From an uncultured Thermoplasmata archaeon (lineage in GTDB: Archaea; Thermoplasmatota; Thermoplasmata; Lutacidiplasmatales; UBA184), in NCBI GenBank assembly GCA_963715645.1, contig OY970259.1, forward strand, positions 815,889-879,888: a stretch of 64,000 nucleotides of DNA, given 5' to 3'. Positions 11,945 through 22,166 of the stretch are shown here, piece by piece (the first letter of the stretch is position 1; the number at the start of each line of letters is the position of its first letter). Made by a program: the position numbers and the translations under genes. The notes beneath the pieces were generated by a model that saw only the letters and a program-made list of their open reading frames with translations, did not search any database and was not told where the DNA came from.

Positions 11945-12631
11945 ATGAGCGGGCGTAATTCTCTCGGCCGCGTGGCGGTGCTCGCGATCGCGGTTCTCGT
12001 GATGGGCGGAGCCGCGGCGACCCCTCTCACCCCAGCGCATGAGCCTGGCCCGAGCGCGATCCGGTCCACGGGGACGTATTCGATCAATGTGACGGCGGTC
12101 GTCGACTATGGCTACCAACCAGATACTCTCGAGCAGGTTCCGACCAACGCAACCATCGTGGTGACGTTCATCGACGCGGACACTCTCCCCCACTCGTTCA
12201 CCATCTGGTCCCGAGCGGGGGTGGTGATCCCTGTGACGGACACGCCGAGTCAGCTGACGCAGCTGCTCACAACCTACCCCCCACTCTTCTCCGACCTCCT
12301 GAACGGCTCGGGCGAGCACTTCACCGGCACGTTCCGGTCGCCCGTGGCGCCAGGCTGGTACGAGTTCGTGTGCAACGTCTCTGGCCACTTCCAGAACGGC
12401 ATGTACGGTTTCATTGCCTTCGGCGAGAACCTCCCCTCGAACCTGACGACGCCCTCTCGCACCGGCGTGGGGGTGGCGAGCAGCAACCCGGGCCTCGTGG
12501 TGGCGATCGGGGTGCTGGTAGTCATCGCGCTCGCTTTTGGGTACGTCGTCTGGCGCCAGCGCCGCGCGGCCTACCGGATGCCACCCCCGCATCCTAAGAA
12601 TCCGCCCCGAACGGACCGACCGAGAGGCTAG
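11945..12631 (+). CDS. Membrane-anchored cupredoxin (plastocyanin/azurin/rusticyanin-like blue copper protein)
   Basis: Signal peptide; PHSF and YEFVCNVSGHFQNGM give the H, C, H, M type-1 copper ligands; C-terminal TM anchor. Confidence 0.85.
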   Translation: MSGRNSLGRVAVLAIAVLVMGGAAATPLTPAHEPGPSAIRSTGTYSINVTAVVDYGYQPDTLEQVPTNATIVVTFIDADTLPHSFTIWSRAGVVIPVTDTPSQLTQLLTTYPPLFSDLLNGSGEHFTGTFRSPVAPGWYEFVCNVSGHFQNGMYGFIAFGENLPSNLTTPSRTGVGVASSNPGLVVAIGVLVVIALAFGYVVWRQRRAAYRMPPPHPKNPPRTDRPRG

Positions 12632-12677
12632 CGGTCGTAGCGACGCAGACCCAGGGGGTTGACGGGGCGGAGGAGTT

Positions 12678-12992
12678 CTAGGCCCGGGCGCGGTAAATCT
12701 CCCCGTCGCGTCGTACGGTCACCGCGGCACCCAGCGGGGGCAGCGACCCATCGACAATCGTGAGGACCCGGACCCCATCCGCGAGCTCGACGAACGCGAG
12801 AAGGTGGGGGCTCTCCCATCCGGCCGCCGGATGGACCAGTTCGGTTGCGGCGAGGACCGTGCCGAGCGCCGGTGCGCTATACCCGCGACAATCGGGGGAC
12901 CCGCACCGAGGGCAGGGACCGTCGGTCGGCAAGAATCGAGCCTCACAGGAGCCGCACCGGGCGAGCTCGATCATCCCCGCAGGGTCGCTCAC
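12678..12992 (-). CDS. DUF35 Zn-ribbon/OB-fold protein (thiolase-associated)
   Basis: CGSC...CPRCG, GTVLAAT, AFVELADGVRV; GTGA overlap with thiolase-family stop. Confidence 0.85.
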   Translation of the reverse strand: MSDPAGMIELARCGSCEARFLPTDGPCPRCGSPDCRGYSAPALGTVLAATELVHPAAGWESPHLLAFVELADGVRVLTIVDGSLPPLGAAVTVRRDGEIYRARA

Positions 12993-14122
12993 GGAGCCTC
13001 CCGGCCGAGGATTGTCACGAAGTTGTGCGAGGCCATCCCGCTCATCGCCTGGGCGAGGCCGACCTTGGGAGGTCGTGCAATCGCCCGTCGTCCGGCTTCG
13101 CCGCGCAGCTGCAACGCGACCTCGCCCACCTCGGCGAGCCCCGACGCCGCGACCGGATGGCCCCGGCCGATCACCCCACCGCTCGGGTTCACCGGAACTC
13201 GGCCATCGGGCAGGACCCATCCCTTCTCGAACCACGTCGCAGCCTCTCCCGGACCGCACAGTCCGAGGTCCTCCATGTGGATCAGGGAGAACGGGGAGAA
13301 GGCATCGTGCACCTCCACGAACTCGACCTCCTTGCGGGTAAGATGGGCCGACTCGTAGGCGCGTTTGGCCGCCACCCGGGTCGCGGTGAACGAGGCGAGG
13401 TCGGCGCGGTCCGCAATCCGTAACGCATCGAACCCCTGCCCGAGGCCGAGGACGGTCGCCGGCCCCTTCCCCCGTTCGAGCACGAGCGCGGTCGCACCGT
13501 CGGAGATAGGCGAGCAATGAAGGAGGCGAAGGGGCAGCGCGACCGGACGGCTCGCCGCGACCTCCGCAGCGGTCACCGGTTTCTGGAAGTGCGCGTTCGG
13601 GTTCCGGGCGGCCATGGCGCGGGCGTGGACCGAGGCAAGGTCGCACGCGTCGGTGGTGAGGTTGTGCCGCGCGAGGTAGCGCTGCGTGACGAGCGCGGCG
13701 AGCGCGGGCATGGTGGCGCCGGCGGCGACCTCGCTCGTGTGGAGGGATGCCGCAAGCTCCCGGGTGATGACCGCGGTCGACCGGTCGGTCATCTTCTCAG
13801 CCCCCACGACGAGCGCTCGCTCGAAGCGACCCGACTCGAGGAGGAGGGCGGCGGCCTGGAACGCCATGCCGCCGGTACCGCTGGCCGAGTCGACTCGGAA
13901 CCCCGAGGCCGACTCGAGGCTCAGACGGCTTGCGAGTCGCGGTAGGAACGTTTCGGTGCCGAAGGGTCCATGGGCCAGCATGGTGCCGGCAATCAGAAGG
14001 TCGATGGGCTTCCGCCCGATCCCCTCCAGGGCGAGCTTGGCGGCCTCGACGGCCAGGTCGATGAGGCCCTCCGGCCGTTTTCCGTAACGACCTGGCCCGA
14101 CCGAAGCGACGTGGACGCTCAC
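12989..14122 (-). CDS. Thiolase-superfamily protein (SCP-x/archaeal type) lacking catalytic Cys
   Basis: VGAEKM, NPNAHFQ, CSPISDGA, EVHDAF, NPSGG, GHPVAASG; Ser at the nucleophile position (VDSASG). Confidence 0.85.
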   Translation of the reverse strand: MSVHVASVGPGRYGKRPEGLIDLAVEAAKLALEGIGRKPIDLLIAGTMLAHGPFGTETFLPRLASRLSLESASGFRVDSASGTGGMAFQAAALLLESGRFERALVVGAEKMTDRSTAVITRELAASLHTSEVAAGATMPALAALVTQRYLARHNLTTDACDLASVHARAMAARNPNAHFQKPVTAAEVAASRPVALPLRLLHCSPISDGATALVLERGKGPATVLGLGQGFDALRIADRADLASFTATRVAAKRAYESAHLTRKEVEFVEVHDAFSPFSLIHMEDLGLCGPGEAATWFEKGWVLPDGRVPVNPSGGVIGRGHPVAASGLAEVGEVALQLRGEAGRRAIARPPKVGLAQAMSGMASHNFVTILGREAP

Positions 14123-14217
14123 AAACTAGCTCCCATCGATGGTTCGAGGAGTGTCCACGCGCGAGCGTGGAATGCCACGAGCTCCCAGCCGTTGCGCAGG
14201 AGCCCTCGAGCGACCAT
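14119..14217 (-). CDS. Putative 32-aa leader ORF (MVARGLLRNGWELVAFHARAWTLLEPSMGASL)
   Basis: TATA-like TTATA about 29 nt upstream of ATG; TGA overlaps thiolase GTG (GTGA). Confidence 0.35.
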   Translation of the reverse strand: MVARGLLRNGWELVAFHARAWTLLEPSMGASL

Positions 14218-14369
14218 GTCGCTCCCTCCGGAGAGGGAGGGAGTATAAGCCGGTCGCGGCCGCCGATGGGGGGCGGATGGCTCCGGCGCCTGTCGATATT
14301 CCCACGGTCGATGGGCCCGCCGTCAACCGACGATCGCGGGCGCTGGGCGGACTGAAGGCGTCGAGACGG

Positions 14370-16253
14370 TCAGGGAGGTGGCGGCGGGGGGGGAGGCGGG
14401 GGAGGGAAGCCCCCCGATCCGGGCGGGGGCGGTGGCACCCCGGCTGTGCCCCCAGGCCCTTTGGGACCGCGATGCCCTCGAAGATAGAGGACGGATCCCG
14501 CGATGCCCGCCACGACAACGATCGCGATTCCCCCAAGAAGGTAGTACCCATCATCGCCCGATAGACCGAGGAAGGACGATGTCGACCCGCCTCCGCCCCC
14601 AGCTCCGGACCCAGAGCACGAAAAAGGCATGGGGACGGTCTGGGCAGCCCCACTGAAGTTGACCCATCCCGCCTGGGTCAAGGATCCCGTGAAGTCGCAC
14701 TTGCTCATGTCAGCCCAGGGGCCTACCCTCCAGGGATGACTGCCGTTGTGGACGGCATTGAAGACGATCGACGGAGCAGTTCCGTTGAGGGTCGTTCCGT
14801 CGAGTTCCACGTTCCACCACGCGCCCGACGGGAGGCCGGTTTCGGCGAAAGTGACGGGGTAGGTGCCGGGGCCGGTGACGTGGTTGACGGGGCCAGCCCC
14901 GATGACGCTCAAGTTGTTGCTAATGAAGTTGGGAACGTACAGCTCGTCGTTGGTGCTGTCGAAAACTGGGACTACCGGGGTCGTGCCCACTCCGATGGTG
15001 GCGACAACCTGCCCAGTCGTCGCGTTGAGGGCCGTCACGACGCCGAAATTATCCGAGGGGACCTGGCAGGCGACATACATCTCGTTGTTAGCCGGGTCAT
15101 ACACGGGGGTCTCGGGACTCTCGCCCACGGTGACCTCGGTCACGGTGTTCGAGGTGACGTTCAGTATCGAGACCGTGTCATTCGGGGTGCCGAAGGAGCT
15201 GGTGTTGACGAACGCGATGGGCACGAAGAGGTTGCCGGTCACCGGATCGACCGCAGGGGTTTGGGGGCCGGCGCCCACCGTGAAATTCCTCACGAACGAC
15301 GTTCCCTTGATCTCGGTCAGCGTCTCGTTTCCCGTGTTGGGCTGGTAGACTGCCTTCGTGACCGGGTCATAGACTGGAGACTCGGTAAGGAGGTCCTCCT
15401 GGGTGATCGTGCCGCTGGCGAAAGTGATCGGGATCGACCCGACGACCGTGTCCGTCGAGCCGTTGATGATGCTGAGATTGTTCGAGAACTGCGTGTTCGG
15501 TACGTAGATGTCGCCGTCCGCGGGGTCGTACGCCGGGGTGCTCGGGAAACCCCCCACCGGGATCGTCGCCGCAACGGTGTTGGTTGCCGTGTCGATCACC
15601 GTGACGTGGGATTTGAGGCCGGTTCCCATGGCTGGGATGTAGAGGTAGCCGTTCGCGGGGTCATACACCCCGGTCGTCGGATACGAGTTCCCGCCCGTCG
15701 ACACGTACTTGACGATCAGGCCAGTCGAGCCCGAGATTACCGTCACGTTGTCTGGGGGTGGGTCGGTCGAGATCACCGGGGTGTAGAGGTCGTTGACGGG
15801 GCCACCTACGTAGTTCGGCGTGGGCGGGTTGGCGTACAGGCCCAGGTAGATTTGGGCGGCAACCAAGTTCGATGCCCCGTCGATCGCCGTGAGGTTGGTC
15901 CCGTTCGACCCGAAGTAGACGTACCCGTTCGTCGGGTCAAACGTGGCGGATAGGCTCGTAACGCCCCCACTCACGTTGACCGTCGCGATCACCGTGTTCG
16001 TCGCACCTGAAGATGGGGTAACCACCCCAAGAGCCTGGGTCCCCGAAATCGGCGACTCCGGCCGTCCAACCACAGGGGAAGCCGAGAGGGCGGTTTCCTT
16101 AACGGATGGCCCCCCCGTCACTGCCCCTCCCACGCCCCAGCTGAGCAAGAGGAGGCAGACCAGCCCCAGTACCAGTAGCGCGGCCCGAGCCCTCCAGAAA
16201 GACCCGACCCGTACCTTCACTCGAACTCGCAGCAGGATGTGGATGAAATACAT
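14370..16253 (-). CDS. Secreted YVTN/YncE-type beta-propeller surface protein with thermopsin-like C-terminal domain, TM anchor and poly-Pro tail
   Basis: Repeats such as YDPANGYLY, VATIPVG, N.SNNLSVI; YPVTFAETGLPSGAWWNV; C-terminal TM then poly-P; start uncertain. Confidence 0.85.
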   Translation of the reverse strand: MYFIHILLRVRVKVRVGSFWRARAALLVLGLVCLLLLSWGVGGAVTGGPSVKETALSASPVVGRPESPISGTQALGVVTPSSGATNTVIATVNVSGGVTSLSATFDPTNGYVYFGSNGTNLTAIDGASNLVAAQIYLGLYANPPTPNYVGGPVNDLYTPVISTDPPPDNVTVISGSTGLIVKYVSTGGNSYPTTGVYDPANGYLYIPAMGTGLKSHVTVIDTATNTVAATIPVGGFPSTPAYDPADGDIYVPNTQFSNNLSIINGSTDTVVGSIPITFASGTITQEDLLTESPVYDPVTKAVYQPNTGNETLTEIKGTSFVRNFTVGAGPQTPAVDPVTGNLFVPIAFVNTSSFGTPNDTVSILNVTSNTVTEVTVGESPETPVYDPANNEMYVACQVPSDNFGVVTALNATTGQVVATIGVGTTPVVPVFDSTNDELYVPNFISNNLSVIGAGPVNHVTGPGTYPVTFAETGLPSGAWWNVELDGTTLNGTAPSIVFNAVHNGSHPWRVGPWADMSKCDFTGSLTQAGWVNFSGAAQTVPMPFSCSGSGAGGGGGSTSSFLGLSGDDGYYLLGGIAIVVVAGIAGSVLYLRGHRGPKGPGGTAGVPPPPPGSGGFPPPPPPPPPPP

Positions 16254-17072
16254 TTTGATAGGCACTCTGCCACGGATCGGGGAACTTCTGCCAAGCCCCG
16301 AGCGAGCCCCAGCACCGGGCGGCGAGTCTGGGTAAGAGGCGATCGTTCACCCGCTCGCGACGAGACCCACCCGCCGAGGTGGTGTTAGCCGGCCTTCTCA
16401 ACCGCGGAGTCTGCCTTCCCAACCCCAGTCCCGGGCTAGATCGGGATTATGGCCAGGGAGGGGTGGTCCGGTCCGGTGCTATTCTGCCCTTGTGAGAGGG
16501 CGTTATGCGCAGGATTCGTGACCGTCCGTCTAGGTGGCGTGTTCCGATGGGCCGTTCAATACAGTCGCCATGCCCAATTTCGATGGTCGAAGAGACTCAC
16601 CCGGGTGACCCCAGGCAACTTCGCGCTGACGAAGCTTCGAAAGCGTTGGTGGGTCTTTCCGGACCTGAGTCCAAGCCGGAATCCCGCAGGCTTGAGTGGT
16701 GCGACGCAGACCGTTAGGCCCGGCGACCCCCCGGGACCGGGCCCCCGGGCGGGCGGGCTCACGGTGGGCTGCGGAATATGAGCCGGCTCGGGAGTGATCC
16801 GACGGCCGACCTCCCGGGTCCGTGAGCAGGAGTCCGGCTCCTTTGTCGGCATCGACTTCCACATGCGGGAGGGCGCCCCCGCCCTACCGAGCTGGTCCCC
16901 GTGCCCGCGCAGGAGGCCGGGGGGCGGGGTGGCACCGACCTGATGGCGCCGGGGGCGCGGGGTGGTGCTGCGGCGGGGGGCGGCTCCGATCGTTCGACTC
17001 GGAGGGTCGGGCGAGGGTTGAGGGCGCATCCCGTTGCCGTCCTCCCCGGGGTCCTCCCGATGCGGGATGGGA

Positions 17073-17825
17073 TCACCCAAAGCGGCCCGTGACGTAGTTC
17101 TCGGTGAGTCGCTCTTTCGGAGAGTTGAACACCTGCTCGGTTCGGTCGAGCTCTACGAGCTTGCCGAGGTAGAAGAACGCGGTCCAATCCGAGACGCGGT
17201 CGGCTTGGGAGAGGTTGTGGGTGACGATCACGACCGTGTACTTCGTCTTCAGGTGCTCGATCAGCGTCTCGATCTTGTTGGTCGCGATCGGGTCCAGGGA
17301 GGAGCACGGTTCGTCCATCAAGAGGACCTCCGGCTGAACGGCGAGCGCTCGCGCGATGCAGAGGCGCTGCTGTTGACCCCCCGAGAGGCTGACCCCGGGG
17401 GCGTCGACGTTGTCCTCCACTTCTTCCCAGAGGCCCGCGAGCTGGAGCGCCTCCACGACCCCTTCGTCCAGCTCCGCGCGCCGGCGGACCCCGAGGAGCC
17501 GGAGTCCCGCCGCCACGTTGTCGTAGATCGACATGTTCGGGAAGGGGCTCGGTCGCTGGAACACCATCCCCACCCGGAACCGGACCAGGACCGGGTTCGC
17601 CCTCCCGAGGTCCTCCCCATCGAGTCGGATCGTCCCAGTCGTCTTGGTCCCTGGGATCTCTTCGTGCAACCGGTTGAGGCAGCGGAGGAACGTTGACTTC
17701 CCACACCCCGAGGGCCCGATGATGGCCGTGACCTGGCCCTCGGGGATCTCGAGCGAGATGTCGTAGAGGGCCTGCCGGCGCCCGTACCAAGCGTTGAGCG
17801 AGACCGTCTCCATCTTCGCCGTCAT
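17073..17825 (-). CDS. pstB: Phosphate ABC transporter ATP-binding protein
   Basis: [44 protein letters not shown]. Confidence 0.95.
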   Translation of the reverse strand: MTAKMETVSLNAWYGRRQALYDISLEIPEGQVTAIIGPSGCGKSTFLRCLNRLHEEIPGTKTTGTIRLDGEDLGRANPVLVRFRVGMVFQRPSPFPNMSIYDNVAAGLRLLGVRRRAELDEGVVEALQLAGLWEEVEDNVDAPGVSLSGGQQQRLCIARALAVQPEVLLMDEPCSSLDPIATNKIETLIEHLKTKYTVVIVTHNLSQADRVSDWTAFFYLGKLVELDRTEQVFNSPKERLTENYVTGRFG

Positions 17826-17829
17826 GGGC

Positions 17830-19808
17830 TCACCCCGCCTCCGGGGAATCCGAAGGGGTGTGCACGAGGAGGCGGGTCCCGACGCTGATGAGCAGCATCA
17901 TCCCGAGGAGCACGAGGGCCGCGCCCCAGGCATCGGTCCTCAGGTTGCTGTACCGATGAGCCGAAGTTGGCGAAGATGAACGGGGTGATGGCCGCGGTCT
18001 GCGTGTTCAGGTTCGTGAACCAGAAGTTGCTGCCCCCCGCGGTCAGCAGAGATCGCCGCGGTATCCCCAGCCGCCCGGGACGCGGCGAGGAGCACGCCGG
18101 TCACGAGCGCACCGCGGGCGGTGCCGAGGACGACCCGGAGGGTCACCCAGTGCTTCGGGAAGCCGAGCGCGAGGGCCGCCTCCCGAACCCCATTCGGGAC
18201 TGCGCGCAACGCCTCTTCAGAGGCGCGGGTCACGATCGGGATCATGAGAATGCCGAGCGCGACGCCCGCCGACAAGGCGCTCAACGCGGAGTCGTGGTCG
18301 AGGTAGAGGAACACCACGAAGACGAACACCCCCAGGATGATGGTGGGGATCCCGGTCATGACGTCCGCACAAAAGCTGACGACCCGTCCGACCCGGCCGC
18401 GCCCGTACTCCGAGAGGTAGATGCCGGCCAAGAGGCCCACCGGGATCGCGATCGCTCCCCCGAGGGCGAGCATGATCAGCGTACCCTGGATCTCGGGGCC
18501 GATCCCCCCGAGCGAGCAGCTCGCCGCCGGAGAGGGGTTGCACCCCAACGGCGGAAGGGAAGCGTAGAAGGACGGTTGCACCACCGCCGGCCCTCCGTAG
18601 TGGACGGCCGTTAGGACCACGCTGACGAGCGGAGCGATCGCGAGCACGAGGCAGAGCACAGTGAGACCCAGCATCGCTGCGTAAACCCCTTGCCGCCGGA
18701 CGAACCTTCCGCGGGCTCCGGCGGCCAATCGGGCCCGCCACGGGAGCGGTGGGAGCGCGGCCGGCGACGACCCGGGGGGGGCAAGGGCCGTGAGCTTCCG
18801 GGCGTGGAGGCGGCGACCTCCCGGGGGCTCCCGACGGTCGGAGGGGATGTCGTCCCCATTGACCGACCGCCCGGCGATTCGCCACAGCATCACCCGAGCG
18901 ACCACGTTCACCGCGACCGTGATGGCGAGAAGTATGAGGGCGAGCTCGAGGAGGGACTGCATCTCGAGCCCGGGACCCACCTCGCTGAAGTTGTTGACGA
19001 TCCAGGTCGCGAGGGTGGCTCCCGGGGCGAACAGCGTGCCCGGAAGGATGTAGATGTTGCCGATGACCATCGTCACGGCGATCGTCTCCCCGATTGCGCG
19101 CCCGAGGCCGAGCACGACCCCCGCCGCGATCCCGGACCGGGCGGGGCCCAGGACGGCCATTCGCGTGGCCTCCCAACGGGTCGCCCCGAGGCTCCATGCC
19201 GATTCGCGATTGATTCGAGGGACCGCCCGCAGGGCCTCCCGAGAGAGGGCCGCGATGGTCGGGATGATCATGACCGCGAGTACGACCGTCGAAGTAAGGA
19301 TGTCGAGGCCGGTCGGCTGGGAGGAGAAGGGGAACCCCCCTCCGGTGAGCGCCCCGAGTCCCGGCTCGACGCTGGAGCGCATGATGGGCACCAGCACGAT
19401 GAACGCCCAGAACCCGTAGACGACCGAGGGGATCGCGGCAGAGAGGTCGACGACGTAGACGAGCGGGCGGCGGAGCCAGGGGGGCGCCATCTCGGAGAGG
19501 AAGATCGCCACTCCCAGCGCGATCGGAACGGCGAAGAGCAGGGCGAGGAGGCTCGTAAGCAGCGTTCCGACGATAGCCGGCCCGGCGCCGTAGATGTTGT
19601 GGACCCCGTCCCAGTCGAACCCGGTCAAGAAGCCGGGCCCGAAATGCACGATCGATGGCCACGAGCCCCAGAGCAGGAACGCGGCTAAGAGGGCGATGAG
19701 GAGCGCGACGGCGAGCGCGAAGAGCGCCGTCACCCCGTGGAAGAGCTGCCCGAGCCTCCGCAGGAGGCGAACGCGTTGGGTGAGGCCGGCACCCGGTGGG
19801 ACGGCCAT
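17830..19808 (-). CDS. pstC: Fused phosphate ABC permease PstC-PstA (C-terminal frameshifts near 18050 and 17950)
   Basis: PstC half ([21 protein letters not shown]) and PstA half ([23 protein letters not shown]) in one frame. Confidence 0.9.
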
Positions 19809-19842
19809 CGGCGGACCAGATGGTGGGGCGATGGGCTTTCCC

Positions 19843-21084
19843 TCAACCGCAGGAGGGAATCGCCGCCTCATTATAGGTCATGGACGCGATCCCGGCCCGG
19901 TCGACGGTGATAATCGAGGCCGGCAGGGCCGCATAGTAGAGGTTCGGCCCCGACGCCGTCCCCTGTCCTGTCGAGAGGGTCCAGTCGAGCCACTGCACGA
20001 GGATTTCGGCCTTCTCCAGGCTCGGGGAATATCCCTGGTCGGTCGCCTGGTAGACGAACATGTAGGCGAAGGTGGCGAGGGGGTAGTCCCGGCTCCCGTT
20101 GGCGTTGACCATGCTAAGGTTGTACCAGTCCCCGGCCGAGCCCGGGACGCGGACGAGACTCGCCGTCTTGTCGGCAATCGCGCTTGCGGTGTTCGCTAGC
20201 GTGGGCGCGATGAACTGGTTGGAGGGGTTCTCGATCGCCGCGTACCCGAGGACCGAGCTGTCGAGGGTTAGCACATCGGTCAGGTCGCTATACCCGATCG
20301 AATCGGCGGTCGAGTTCACCGTGGTGAGGAGGCCCGAATTGGAGGAGGACGCGGTCTGGGCCGGGGCCCTTGGCCAGCTCACCGAGATTCCCTTACCGAC
20401 CTGCGATGCCCAGCTTCGATTCTCCTGGGAGAGGAAGTCCGAGAGGACGTACATAGTTCCGGCCGACCCGGACCGGTGGACCGTCTCGATCGTCGCCACG
20501 GGAAGGCTCACGTGAGGGTTGATGGACGCGATCGCCGCATCATCCCAAGCTGAGATCGTCCCCAAATAGATCCCGGCAAGGATCGGCCCGGTCAGGTTCA
20601 CATGGACCGACGGCCCCAGGCCCGGCAGGTTGTAAACGATGGCCAGGGCGCCCCCGATGACGGGGATCGTGAGGGGGGCCGAGGGCATGGCGCCGCGCTC
20701 CGATGCCGAGAGCGGGTCATCGGTGACCGCGAAGTCGATCAGCGGCGGGCTCTCTGAGAAGTGGGTCAGCCCGGTGCCCGAACCGGAGGCGGGGTAGTTC
20801 ACCTGGTTCCCGGTCTGGGCATTGTACTGCTGGGCCCAGGCGGCGAGGAGCGGGGCCACGAACTGCGCGCCGTCCCCCTGGAGCGTCAACGGGCCGCATT
20901 TTCCGGCATTGCCGGAGCTGCCGAACCAGTGCTCCTCGTAGCCCAGGGTGAGACCCGCCACCGCGATGACCACGACCACGACTACAATCCCAGCATTGAG
21001 GGCGAACCTGGAGGACTTCCGCCGTACCCGCGGAATCGATCTCGGCGACGGTGACGCTCCGGCCCGGGGGGCGGGGGCGCTCAT
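19843..21084 (-). CDS. pstS: Phosphate ABC transporter substrate-binding protein
   Basis: N-terminal anchor, SGSGTG, VHRSGSAGT, YPLATFAY; first gene of pst operon. Confidence 0.92.
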   Translation of the reverse strand: MSAPAPRAGASPSPRSIPRVRRKSSRFALNAGIVVVVVVIAVAGLTLGYEEHWFGSSGNAGKCGPLTLQGDGAQFVAPLLAAWAQQYNAQTGNQVNYPASGSGTGLTHFSESPPLIDFAVTDDPLSASERGAMPSAPLTIPVIGGALAIVYNLPGLGPSVHVNLTGPILAGIYLGTISAWDDAAIASINPHVSLPVATIETVHRSGSAGTMYVLSDFLSQENRSWASQVGKGISVSWPRAPAQTASSSNSGLLTTVNSTADSIGYSDLTDVLTLDSSVLGYAAIENPSNQFIAPTLANTASAIADKTASLVRVPGSAGDWYNLSMVNANGSRDYPLATFAYMFVYQATDQGYSPSLEKAEILVQWLDWTLSTGQGTASGPNLYYAALPASIITVDRAGIASMTYNEAAIPSCG

Positions 21085-21450
21085 CGTAGGCGCTCCGTGG
21101 CGAACCCAGCAACCTCCTCGCTCGGTCCTGGGATCCGCCCGTGAACCGTTATGTCAGACACGGTCCAGCCGACTTGACTCGGTGTTCATAGCGGGTTCGG
21201 AGGGCGCATTATCGACGGACGGTCGCGCGGTTTTCGCATATCAGTCGACCGTATCCCTCCCCACGGCGCAGGCTTCGTCCGTGCTGAGCTACCCATACAG
21301 TACGTCCCTCCGGCGACCTCTATCAACCCGACCGCGTAGTTGCTAGGCAGCCCTGCGCTCCTCGAGCCCGCAGGACCCGGCGCTCGGGGCCTGCAGGGCC
21401 GTCCACCAAACGTATTTGCCTTCGCCCGCCCGTCGGGGGACGAAGGGCGC

Positions 21451-22008
21451 ATGAAGGAGTCTGGCGAGCACGAGGGCTTTGTGGTCTGGATGGAGGGCCT
21501 CCCGGGTGCGGGCAAGACCACGCTCTCGCGCGCGACAGCGGCGAGGATCCGAGGGATGGGTTGGAAGGCGGAGGTGCTCGATGGGGACGAAGTGCGCCAC
21601 ATGTTTTCCCCGGAGCTCGGCTTCTCTCGCAAGGACCGGGAATTCCATGCCCGTCGGGTGAGCTACGTGGCCCAGCTTCTCGCGCGGAACGGAGTAGCCG
21701 TGATCGTGGCGATGATCACGCCCTACGAGACCTCCCGTCAGGCAGCGCGTTCGGTCGAGGGGAGGAGATTCACCGAGGTGTGGCTGCGCTGCCCGATCGA
21801 CGTATGCCGTCAGCGGGACCCGAAGGGGATGTACCGCCGTGCGATGGAGGGCACAGTCCATGGCATGACCGGGGTTGAGGCTCCGTTCGAGGAGCCCCTG
21901 AACCCCGACCTGATCGTGAACACTGCCGATGCCGCGGTCGAGGAGTGCACGGACCGGATCCTGACCCACCTGCGAGAAAAGGACCTCCTCGGCGGCGGGA
22001 CAAGGTAG
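21451..22008 (+). CDS. cysC: Adenylyl-sulfate (APS) kinase
   Basis: GLPGAGKTT, LDGDEVR, LGFSRKDR, RDPKGMY, TGVEAPFEEP. Confidence 0.92.
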   Translation: MKESGEHEGFVVWMEGLPGAGKTTLSRATAARIRGMGWKAEVLDGDEVRHMFSPELGFSRKDREFHARRVSYVAQLLARNGVAVIVAMITPYETSRQAARSVEGRRFTEVWLRCPIDVCRQRDPKGMYRRAMEGTVHGMTGVEAPFEEPLNPDLIVNTADAAVEECTDRILTHLREKDLLGGGTR

Positions 22009-22166
22009 GGCCCATCGCTTTCCCCGGCACTTTCCCCCGGTCGACTCCCTGTCCGGTCGGTGCGCCCGTCCCAGGTGTTTGACGAACGGGGGCGGGCATG
22101 TCATCCCACCACCCGTACCCTCCCGGGAGAGACGGGGTCATCACGAGAGAGTGGCTTGGCCCCGCC

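Noticed and set aside
16620..16650. Hammerhead-like CTGACGA...GAAA
   Set aside because: Only 6 nt between the cores, with no closing pair for stem II and no convincing stems I/III
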